Shown: positions 10,630 to 21,705 of the stretch, in pieces
How positions within the stretch are numbered: position 1 is the stretch's first letter
Layout of the letters: each line of letters begins with the position of its first letter
Origin: Paraglomus brasilianum
Taxonomy: Eukaryota
DNA length: 37,879 bases
Assembly (NCBI GenBank): GCA_910592345.1
Contig: CAJVPI010000266.1
Span: 1 to 37,879, forward strand
Reading direction: 5' to 3'
Program-made: the position numbers and the translations under genes
The notes under the pieces: model-generated
Databases searched by the model: none
What the model saw: the letters and a program-made list of their open reading frames with translations, nothing else
What the model was told of the DNA's origin: nothing

Positions 10630-10811
10630 CTGCTGCGGTGTCTTCTTCACCTTTAACTCCTTATCCAGTACAAACGCAACTGCTGCGGTGTCTTCTTCAA
10701 TAAGTGCAACTTTATTGCTGAACTACATATACATGTTAAAGCTGCTGCGGTGTCTTCTTCATCTTCAACTCCTTATCCAGTACAAACGCAACAGCTGCGG
10801 TGTCTTCTTCT
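10630..10811. repeat. Four 20-bp direct repeats (CTGCTGCGGTGTCTTCTTCA) separated by 30, 42 and 30 bp
   Basis: Copies at 10630, 10680, 10742 and 10792 (the last has 2 mismatches). Spacers 1 and 3 are near-identical, so a 70-bp block is duplicated around a unique 42-bp insert. Confidence 0.9.
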
Positions 10812-11462
10812 TGTGACAAGCGCAGTACTAACTTGTACGCGAAATGATGGCAATAATGCGACAAGGCATCTACTGTATTATTAAATTTAGAGAGCCACGT
10901 ACTCCTCCTCCTGCAATAATCATCTTGAAAGAATCTGTGTGGTTCATGATCCGCACTTTATCTTCGAGTACACTTTTCCTGTCAAGGCTTTACATTTTCG
11001 GCTAGGAATATAATAAATTTCTCTCGATGTATTTAATCGTTGTTAGACTAAAAGAATTACGCTTATAAGGAAAGTTATAACACCTTTGCAAACGGCTCGT
11101 ACTTCAATACTAACAGTTCCACGTGTACCTAGCCTCGAGCAGTTACCAGCAATTCGACGTAAATCGTATTTATACCTTTGGCGGTCGGTATATACGACAA
11201 TCGTTAAGATTTTAAAATTGCTGATATTTCTGAATTAAACCCACAATTATTTAGCTTTAAAATAATATAGATTTTATTGGTACTTGTTTAAAAATGAGCG
11301 ACTTAATTATATGTTTTTATTAGTAAAATCTTGTATCATAGAAAAATCGCGTGACAAATAACTTCATTGTTTTGAAAAGCACACCACATACCCAATTCCT
11401 CTCTCTTCAACGAAACTCTTTCGCAGGGCTTGACACAAACGAATAGACAATTATTTTAAAAC

Positions 11463-12764
11463 ATGACCGTTGGCTTCACTTTGAGGGCCACCCGACCTGT
11501 TGTTAATTGTATTGGACGACGAGTCTTTGAGCAAAGAAAACTACCGAGACGTTGCCTACAGGTGTTTTTTTTTTTTAGCAAGATCCCGTTAACCTATTGC
11601 ATTTTGATTTGGCTACAAACTCATCATTTAAGACGATAAACATGTATTTCTCGGGTTAGACAGGGAAGTTACCAAGCAACTCGAACAAAGTTAGAATTGT
11701 AGAAGTTGGCCCGCGTGACGGTCTTCAAAATGAGAAAAAGCTTGTTCCGACAGAAATCAAAGTTGAATTTATCAACAGATTATCAAAGACTGGACTTACA
11801 GCAATCGAAACTACGTCATTTGTATCGCCCAAGTGGGTGCCTCAGGTAGAGATCACTATAGCAAGGGGTGTTCATTTGTGCGCAATGATTCCTCTAACAC
11901 GAACAACATTTTTTGATCTAGATGTCTGACGCGAACAAGGTAATGTCGCAAATAACGCGCGTTCCAGGTATTTGCTACTCGGCATTAACACCAAATACCA
12001 AAGGACTTGAGAATGCCATTGCTGCGAATGTAGAAGAAGTGGCCATATTTGGCGCTGCATCGGAAACATTCAGTAAAAAGAACATCAATTGCTCGATAGA
12101 TGAGAGCTTACAGCGTTTTGGAGATGTGATCAAGAAAGCTAACGAGAATGGCATTCGAGTGAGAGGTTACATAAGTTGTGTGCTTGGATGTCCATACGAG
12201 GGTGAAGTGGCGCCCGAGGCAGTCGCTGGTACCGCCGCGAAGATGTATAAGATGGGATGTTATGAGGTATCACTTGCTGATACTATTGGAGTTGGAACCC
12301 CTGGTCGGTTGCTTTTATTGACTTTGGTTGCTTGCTGCTAGTACTGTAGGATATGTTCCAATGCCAAGACTCATGCTAATCTATTCCATATTTTATTTTA
12401 TTCGACTTTTAAAGGCTCAATGGCGAAAATGCTTGAATCGGTCATAAAGGTAGTTCCGTTCGACAAACTTGCGGTGCACTGTCATGACACATACGGCCAA
12501 GCTCTTGCAAATATTTTCTGTGCGTTACAATTCGGAATACGGGTCGTGGATTGCTCGGTTGCTGGTCTCGGTGGTTGTCCTTTTGCTAAAGGAGCTACTG
12601 GAAACGTGGCAACTGAAGACGTGCTTTACATGCTCGATAAATCTGGTTATGAGACTGGAGTTGATCTTGCGAAAATGGTGGACGTTGGAAATTATATTAG
12701 CGATTTTCTCGAAAGATCTAATGGGTCCAAGGTCGCCGTGGCGCTGAGCGCGAACAAGTCGTAA
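11463..12764 (+). CDS. HMGCL: Hydroxymethylglutaryl-CoA lyase, mitochondrial precursor (about 338 aa, 4 exons)
   Basis: Exons 11463-11561, 11660-11845, 11922-12303, 12415-12764. Arg-rich presequence, [75 protein letters not shown]. Confidence 0.97.
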
Positions 12765-13000
12765 CAATTATTTTAAAGAGCAAAAATTTTGAAAATGTAT
12801 ATGAATGCATGCTCAATGGTTCGAGCATCAGGAATACCCCAATCCCATCAATCCCCATCCGCCCACTATAGAGTAATTAATTAGACATAGAAAGTGGTAT
12901 AGTTGTGTTCATGGAATTCTGTGTCGACATCTTGTTCACGGGAATAATAGCATAATAGTAAGATAGCTTTATTATTAAACATCTCTCACGCTGTTATTTC

Positions 13001-14248
13001 CTAACCCTCCTTCTTATTTAATCCACCCAAGGTGTTATCCTTTTCCAATTTACGCCGTACCGATTCTAAAAGACAATTCCCCATTATTGAATATATTTTG
13101 GAACATGCCTCTGTACACTGTTCGATCGTCTAAACGTATGAATAATAAAATGTAGTTTCAGCTCGCGTTTAGGAATCCGGCATGCATATCCGTTTTATAA
13201 ACGTATAACTTACTCTTATAGTACCACTAACACTGATTTCTCCAGACTGTAACATATGTGTAATTTCATTTAATGAAGACATATAAGATAGTACCAAACT
13301 TCCTTGCGCATGTTCTTCTTCTCTCAGCGTACAATCTATCCAGATCTCATCATCAATATAACACTAGAACAGACGCGTCAATTATAATCATCTGAATTCA
13401 CGCGCAAGAACAATCTCCAAGTTCAATCATGCTTACCGCCGAACAAGCAGCAACCTGATCCAACATCTCGATGCCCGCATCAGCTAAAGCAACGGACGCG
13501 GCAGTTATCGAGGCAGCCAAACACGATCCATTACCGTCGTTCTGTAATATTGTAACAAATACATCGATCGTTGATTTCGGCAGCAAGTCTAAACGTACTG
13601 CGGGCGCCAGGGCTTCAAATAAAAGATGAGAGAGTTCTTTTTCTTGTGGATCCTACATATAATTGTTAATGGAGAACCCGATGATGGAGATTTGTATGAG
13701 GAAAAGCAAAGATCACTGCAAATCTACACAAGTCTTAATCTCTCACGCACGCGCTGAGGCGACCTTCTTTTTTGGCAAGAGAAGGGTGCAAACTTTATTT
13801 CACAGTTTAAAGACCCTTTTCCACTGAAAGCTGAAATCTTGGTTGCACGAGGGCCATATCTACAATAAGTTATCGGCCAACTGGTATGAGTTTTTCATGG
13901 CATCTATTCGTTTTTACATCCAACGTTTATTAATTACTAACACGGCGCACGCAACTTTGGTTCCCTGAAACTCGATATATGCCGATCCGTTAGCTTGAGT
14001 GATTATTCCCGGAGCGAGCCCTATTTAACATGTCTCGTTTTAGCAATTCACTCTGTGTCGGGTTACCGGAAAGTGGTAATTATATGTCGATACGAACAAG
14101 CCTTTCGAATTTTATCCAAACTTCTTCCATCTTGTCTTATATCGTCTATGGTCTTGAGAGGTGCCACATGCTGAGTATCTTCGTCATCTGCTCTTTCTAT
14201 TATTGGCTTGACGCTGGCCTCTGGACCTGGGATTCGACGCCTATCCAT
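13001..14248 (-). CDS. MTR3: Exosome core subunit Mtr3/EXOSC6, RNase PH fold (about 277 aa, 6 exons)
   Basis: Exons 14248-14098, 14020-13942, 13859-13751, 13652-13437, 13363-13214, 13129-13001, in phase. N-terminal [10 protein letters not shown] is typical of Mtr3. Also [56 protein letters not shown]. Confidence 0.9.
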
Positions 14249-15762
14249 ATTCCCAATCTTTCTCCCTTACGGAAAATCAGGCAACAAATTTAAACCAGGA
14301 ATTCTTTGGTCTACGATTGGTTGGTTATCATCGAATAACAACTTAATGAGGGTTACAATATTCCGGATAAAAAGATGGTATTATTATCGGCGCGAATAAG
14401 ATGTTGACGGTATGGAATATGTACTCAATAGTTCTGCAATCAGATGGCGGCTTAGCATTTCGAAATGAAAGCGATCCGATAGATGTAGTGATATTAAAGT
14501 TGGTCAAAGCTGTCGATGTCTCTTAATCCTGGATTCGTAATCGCAAGTACTGGTTTAGCGTTTAATGAATTTTTTTCTAGTAACTCGGTCATCTTAATCT
14601 TGGAAAAGATCTATTGATAAAAGATATGCCATAACGACTGCTTCTTCTGCTTCTTTACAAAAATGTTCCAATGTTTATTAATGTGCGACCGATTCGTGGC
14701 GTATCCAACTGCATCCACTCTGTTATCTCGAAGCTGTCGATTCTCTGCGTAGCATTGAGTGTACGTACGTACAATGTATCTCTTTCAATAGCAGAAATCA
14801 AAGTTACTCTGATGAATCGTAATTCGCTTTAGGTAGAATATTCAGGCGACTATCATTATTACTTCAAACGTTTAATGTTAACAATCTTGGCCATGCATTG
14901 TACGTCACTCCTTGAATCCCTTCGAACTCGCGATTTTGGCATATCAATGTTCCATTGGCTTTACATGGTAATATCTTTTTTCCCCTTTTCCATTTACTTT
15001 GCGTCTTCTAAACTATCTCGAATTGTTGATTGCTCCTTTACTATTACTATTACCATTACTATTACTATTACTATTCTATTATTATGCTTATAGAAGGCGT
15101 CCATCTGTCAATGAATTAATGATTTATATTCATAGCTCTGGTAAAGATTACTGAAAGAATAATGTTTACGTATGGAATGTATAGCAACCATAGCCGCATT
15201 CATTTGTCAACGTGAAACCAGAATTATACCTTGCCTTCTCACATATACACAAATGAGCTATGAGATTGGCGGAATACTACTACGCTTTCATGTGACTATA
15301 AAAAGTTTCTACAGGATCCAAAAAGCATTCGCATAGAGTTACCGACTAACTCACATATGACTGATTTTAGCGACGCGTCTTTAAGCCCAATACTCTTCTA
15401 TTCCAGTCTTGCCAACATGCTGCGTAATTTGATTACTCGGCTATCTTTGCACAAACAAAAGGTTTGTCCGTGGCGGAGTAAAGGAGTAAAACTGTATCTC
15501 TCAAACATCACACACTGTAAGCATTTTTTCATGTGACAGAACGTGCAATGCAATCCTTTATTGTTATTGCAAACATCTTGTGTTAAATGCATATTTGCTA
15601 TTGGGTCCGCGTAAAATCAAAAAGGACTGCCCAGATCTATTTTCGAGTATGCCAAAGACGATTACTTTGCACACGCTTTAGGCGCAAAAAAGAATCCCGT
15701 TTGGTTGTAGTAGTTGAAACTTTGCAAGAATATTCGAAATTAGTTTTCACATGAAACGAAAG

Positions 15763-15847
15763 AAAAAAGAAAAAAAAAAAGCGATGTATGTATGTATGTG
15801 TGTATGTGTGTATGTATGTGTGTGAGAGTGAGAGTGAGAGAAAGAGA
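15763..15847. repeat. Poly-A plus (TATG/TG)n and (GAGAGT)n microsatellite
   Basis: Read directly from the sequence. Confidence 0.85.
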
Positions 15848-17731
15848 CTGTCTGTCGGGACAAGTGAACTTTCCTATTCGCTTTTCTTTATTCTTTCCTC
15901 TCCCCAACACCCCCAACCTTCTGCGCCAGTCTTGTCCATTTTAATTTTTCCATAACCGTCTTGAAACTCCCCGTGCTTGAGTTTTTGGCTCAGCACATCG
16001 AAAGTCCATTCATAGTCATATTCGTTGTTATTACGCTAGTCTTTTTTTATTGGGGATTGTTAGTTGGCGTATGTGATGATCTCTTGCACAAACGTACAAA
16101 CGTACAGACATACAATAAACGCACACACAATAATATAATAATAACAATATCCAATTCGCAAGATTTAACTTGCATGTCTTGAATATGATGTCAGGTGATA
16201 ATACGATTGCCTGATGATTGGATGTGCATCTATGATGTATTTGTACAGCACGCTACATATCTTTATTGCTTCCCCGCTCTCTCACTTATTCTCTCACTTT
16301 TGCAGCCCTCTTTTTTTTTTTCTCTCTTTTTTTTTTCCTTTTTTTTCCTTCTCCCCTTTCTATTCCCCTTGTTTATTATCTTCAAACCTTAATTTACTAT
16401 AACCAATCATATATGATAACGATTGGATGTATAACCAATGAAACACAATACTTTTGTTGTGTGATAGTTTATTTCCATTCATAACTTTGTCATGTATGGG
16501 TAAACAATGCGTGCATGTTTATAACTTGTTTGCAAAATGTGGGATAGTGTGAATTCACGTTCAATCTGGACGGGAAGAAGAGGTGAATGGTGATGGTGAA
16601 TGGTGATGGACAATGGATGAAAAATGTATTTTTATATAGCGCAACGATCACTTGTGAATGTACGTATTGTTGTCGACAGCTGTTTATGGCAAGTGGCTAA
16701 TCGACATTGCGTACATGTAATAGGAGTCGGTCGCTTGTTTTCCGATAATAATTGGGCCTATCTTTTTTTCGCTCTTATGTTAGTTGCAAATCACATGCAG
16801 GGGTAAAGAATTTCACTGGTAGTCAATCATAGGCGAGGCAAGTAAACACACTCTCACACCCGTGAACGTTCGAATTATAATATCCTTCTTTAAAAAAAAA
16901 GGTATTATTATCGGACAAAAGTTACACTTACACTTGGTTTACTATTACTTGCACACACACACATATAGACGAACGGACCAAGAAGGATTCGGAATTACAA
17001 ATTCAACTCTCATGTATGTATGCGTGATTGTCGATCAGCGTAAATTTGACATTTGCAAACTCAGCCCGAATGAGATTCTACAAACAGGGTTCCCCAATTA
17101 ACGTCAAATTCTCTAGTCACAGAAATTACCGAATCGAGGCAGATGTAACCAACATACACCAACATACATTATCTCGATTGACAAAGTATGGGTTCTGACA
17201 CGTGGAATATCCTAATGTCACGATAATATGTCAAAAGTGACAGCAGAATGGAGGGAAGGCATAAAAATACCGCAAGACATATAATGCTGCATATGAAACA
17301 TCTCTTGTATCTAATTTGGTCTTGTCGGGCATGTCGAGTCGTCGGGACACTGTTATCTAGCTCATCTGTCCATAAAAGTAATAGGAATTTGCCAAGCTTT
17401 AAGGTTGATTGATAATATGACGTAATACGCAATTAGACCATGTATACACTTATAGAATTCAATAATGCAAGCATATATAAAAAGTCATTTACTATCCGAT
17501 ACATTCACTATTGTGTATGTTATTTATTAATGTTTCAATACACCGTTATTATAATTTAGTGTTGGTGTAATACTTAATATATTGTACAAATTACGCTATC
17601 AGGCACAGCCATCTCATCAAACAAGCAGGACACACAGTCCACCTACTTCAATGTGTTGGCGGGAATCGATGGGGAGGGATGGGGCCCAATGCTGGGTATA
17701 TATGGTGATGATAAGACAACGGGTTCATTAG

Positions 17732-17804
17732 GGTCATTATGGTTGTTATGGTTGTTATGGTCATTATGGTTGTTATGGTTGTGTCATTATGGTTATTATT
17801 ATGG
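17732..17804. repeat. 9-bp minisatellite GGT(CAT/TGT)TAT, about 7 units
   Basis: GGTCATTAT GGTTGTTAT GGTTGTTAT GGTCATTAT GGTTGTTAT ... read directly. Confidence 0.85.
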
Positions 17805-18253
17805 CGACAAATAATGGGGGGATGGGACGGTGGACTGGGAACAAAGGAAAGGTTATATAATAGTAAACAATATTAATAATTCCATTCAAAAAGAATCTTT
17901 ATTCACACAGAATACAGAATGGGTGGTGCAGATTCCACTTTGGGCAATCCTCAATGCCATCTGCGTAACGTTTGTAACATTCGGAGGGCCCGTGAACCCC
18001 TCTCTCATACCAATCTAAAATCTACAATACGACAATCAACGAGTCAAAGGGGAGGAGGGGGAGGGGGGAGGGGAGAGGAGGGACAACAACAAAGTTTGAA
18101 ATTCAGTGTGGGAAGGGACAAGGAGCAATGCGATTATGCTTACATTGACTATAAATAGTAACAACATTTGTCAATCAGGTGATGATCGGATATTAATTAC
18201 TCGCTTGCTGCGGCACTCATTGGTATCATTGGTATGGCGGTCATGATATCATG

Positions 18254-18319
18254 TCATTGGCATATCGTTGGCATATCGTTGGCATATCACTGGCATATCA
18301 TTGGTATATCATTGGTATA
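18254..18319. repeat. 11-bp minisatellite TC(A/G)(T/C)TGG(C/T)ATA x6
   Basis: Six consecutive units starting at 18254, 18265, 18276, 18287, 18298 and 18309. Confidence 0.9.
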
Positions 18320-19127
18320 ATATTATTAGTGACATGGCTATAATGGCTATAAGTAATCGTATATGATTACCAGATATAGGGGTTTTACAGATAAGAATAA
18401 ACTGCTCGCATGAGATTGACATTAACGCACAATCTCGTACCCGACTATCCATTCTTCTTTGGCTTTTCATTTCACATGCCTTGCTGGCGGCACTGGCGGC
18501 AACAGTAAGCGATTTCCCATTCATTAATTAACAGTCGATATTTTATTTATTGAATTTATAGACTTTGCCATATAAATTATCTATGCCCGAGATATTCAAG
18601 TGATTGTGCACATGCATTCACATAGATATTTGCGTTGTTACCATTTTCGGACTGTACATAAAGCGTACATCAAACACGTATATTTACTTGCATATAATAT
18701 AAAGTATATGTATTAGCCCCTTGATTAGCATGTGATTGATATATATCGCTCAAATCCTTTACGATACCCGTACCACTCGAATAGTCGTCTAATATCACAA
18801 ATCACTACTAATCCATCACACATTACACACACATCCCCCCTCCTCCCCCCCAATTCAACGAATAGGGCTTTGACAGTAAAGTTTATAAAAGTTGTAGTCT
18901 TTTTTTCTTCTCGTGCTTGTCCAGAAACAAAACGCAAAAGCAAAACCTTCTACTTTTAAAGAGCAATTCTATAAACCATCCAGGCTAAACGAGTATCATC
19001 GTCTTTTCCATATATATCCGAACTCGGTTAACTATCCTCGTTAACAATAACCGCATACTTACCTTTCTACGCCACTCGTACTCGTCCCGAAATAATTAAC
19101 TTGCTATTCTCATCTTCACACACACTT

Positions 19128-20555
19128 ATGTTATGTCTCTCAATAACACCCACACTGGTACCCATGACACTATCAAAAACACTATGCAACGATAGCTTTG
19201 TAACAAGCGAACACCAACTTATCAAACACTTTGCAAACACTGAACTTGGTTCGAAAGAAAGGCTACTCATCGATGAGCATGTCCGAGCAGAAATTAACAA
19301 AGAAACCATGGTCAATACAAAAGAAGAGAAGAATGAAGCCAATGAAACTAAAGAAACCACAACAACCTTGGAAGACGATATACGGGACGAGAGTAGTAAT
19401 AATAATAATAGTAATACGGGCGAGAAGCAAAGTGAGGAGGGAAATGAGAATGGGACTCGGGAAAGCGACAAGACTAGTTTCAGTGAAGAAAAGAATGCGA
19501 TACCTGTTATCAAGAGCCGAACAAGAATGTAAGTTTACTTAAAGTTTACCCTATCGACGATATTATTATCCCAGATATACTAGGGCATCGAATGTCATAT
19601 GACATTTCGTATGTAAAAATAAAACGTAAAACAAATCTACAAATCTACAACTCTCCCTTTTATAAATCCTGTTTACTCATACTAACCACATTTATATCCA
19701 CAACTTTTGCTCACGCTGATCATACCGACAACCAGAATAACATCCTATACACCATTTACAATGACAATCCACCTTTTAATAATTGCTCAACATTCATACA
19801 CGCTATTCACAACACCTACAACACTTACAACACTATACCACTGGACCCCATCCTCGTTCACGCATCTGGTCTATCTCGCAACGACACTTTTTCACGTGTG
19901 CACATTACTTGCAAACATATTGAAGCTATCACGCATCGAGCGAGCGTTTGTGCTGTACGGAACGTGGATCGTATGGTCGGGCTGGGCCATTTGTTTGAGT
20001 TTGATCGAACGTAACGAAATCAAAATGGAAGAGGAGAAAAGCTGGGAGCTGTCTCCAGAGAGAGAGGGAGACGAGTTTGTTATCGACGAATTAAAGGGTA
20101 GCGAGTTGCCTCCATTTTTGATCCATTCCGATTGGACATCGACGTTCTTTCCTATCCTTTCGTTCCTACTATTGCTCGCGCTTCGTCGTGGTCATTGGGG
20201 CCTTATTACGTGGGAACATTTGGTGCTGCTCGAAGCCACATCCCATCTCAAGTGGTATCGCATCTGGTGTTTATCTGGCGCATCGGCCGGGTGGATCCTG
20301 TTCTGGGAAGGTGTAAAATATTATTTCCATATTACTCTCATTTATCGAACTGATCTGACTGCGTTTCCTGGAATCGCCGGCACTGTGTGGACTAATCTAT
20401 GGAGTGGAATGCTATTGGCTATGTGGTGGAGTTTTTGGACATTTCAATACAGAGGAGTGGTGTGGAAGAGAGAGCTTTTGGAAGGTGTTGCAGTGTGGAG
20501 CGATGATGATGGATGGGTCAGAGTTGGGGGTGTTGGACAACAAAAACTAGGATAA
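19128..20555 (+). CDS. Uncharacterised polytopic membrane protein with an acidic low-complexity N-terminus (about 406 aa, 2 exons)
   Basis: Exon 19128-19528 (donor GTAAGT), intron with TACTAAC branch site at 19680-19686 and CAG at 19733-19735, then exon 19736-20555 in phase. Several hydrophobic, Trp-rich segments. The start could instead be ATG 19163. Confidence 0.75.
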
Positions 20556-21705
20556 AAAGAAAATCCCAAAAATCATGGGAAATCTTTGCGTAATAGTAAT
20601 TCTAAAATGCCAGGACTTTTTTTTATATATATATTCTATGGACGTTTTCTAAAGAAAGAAGAGAGAATTATTTTTCTTGTTTATTTCTTTTATTACTATT
20701 ATTATTATTACCGTTTCTTTTTTTTCCTCTACAATTCAATTCAGTTTGATGAAAAAAAGTAATCATTTATCATCACTTATTCATTTTTATTCTCTTAATA
20801 CTTTTTTTTTTTTTATAATCACAAGATGTTTGTATATTCTCGTCTATTTCCCTCCCCCACCATTCAGTCATCAAAGAGTGTAACTTGTAAATAATACACA
20901 CAACAAAAACATTGATTGCATAGTGTATAACAGTTTTGACAAATAATAAAAAATCGTTTAATAATTTCTAAATCACAAAACGAATGCAAAAAAAAGAAGA
21001 AAAAAAAAGACCAATAACAACGGATCTTCGTCACATCATCTCATTGGCTCGTGCATTTCCCTCTTAAAATATCCGATCGCGCGTTTTCCCATTTTGGTTG
21101 CCAGTTTCGAACGATAGCAAAAACTTTATTTTTTTTAAGTTTCTACTTGCAGAAAGGTTTGCTTGCCCTCCCCCCCCTCCCCCCCCCCCTCCCCCCTCCC
21201 CCAGACTAAGACATCATGATGGTGGCGCAAATAAAGAAAACTTTGTTGCGCGATATGCAGGACAGTAACTCTTTCAAGTAGTAATAACGTGGGCCTCCTA
21301 CCTTTCTTTGTCGTTACGTACTGTAAAACATGTCGTTCTTTTTAGTGTCAAATTCCAGTGTTTCCATCGGAAAATGATATATCGTGTGAAACTGCCATAC
21401 CATATCATGCAGAACATGTTAATAACGTTTACTTGGGCCAAAAGGGCTTAGCTCGACTATTTGACGCGCGATCAGTTCGGTTATTCCCACAGAGTAAACA
21501 AATGACGCAAATAGAAAACCAGTCATTCACGTGAGATAATGATGACAGTGAAAACCTTTGAATTGGCACTTAATTCCAAGTCTTTAAACAAAATTGTCTT
21601 TTAATCTTAAAGATCAAATGCCTCTAAAAACACTATCTAATCTACTCTCAAACAACATGCACTAAACTTCCATCTATCCATCTTACCCGTCGTCTCTCGT
21701 TCTTC

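Noticed and set aside
10630..10811. CRISPR array
   Set aside because: Eukaryotic context, no cas genes, only 20-bp repeats, and spacers 1 and 3 are duplicates.
15961..17432. Several 60-90 aa ORFs in the ORF track
   Set aside because: They are low-complexity translations of T-rich tracts, mostly with non-ATG starts and no motifs.
17732..17875. GHYGCYGCY-type repeat peptide
   Set aside because: An in-frame TAG lies immediately upstream and there is no start codon or partner exon. It is best explained as a minisatellite.
19055..19064. ATACTTACCT matching the U1 snRNA 5' end
   Set aside because: The downstream sequence lacks the U1 stem-loops and Sm site. It could equally be a minus-strand donor-like string.
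19067..19513. 148-aa antisense ORF (and similar shadow ORFs over PMI40, SEC62, HMGCL, LAP1 and the septin)
   Set aside because: These are antisense or alternate-frame by-products of real coding exons.
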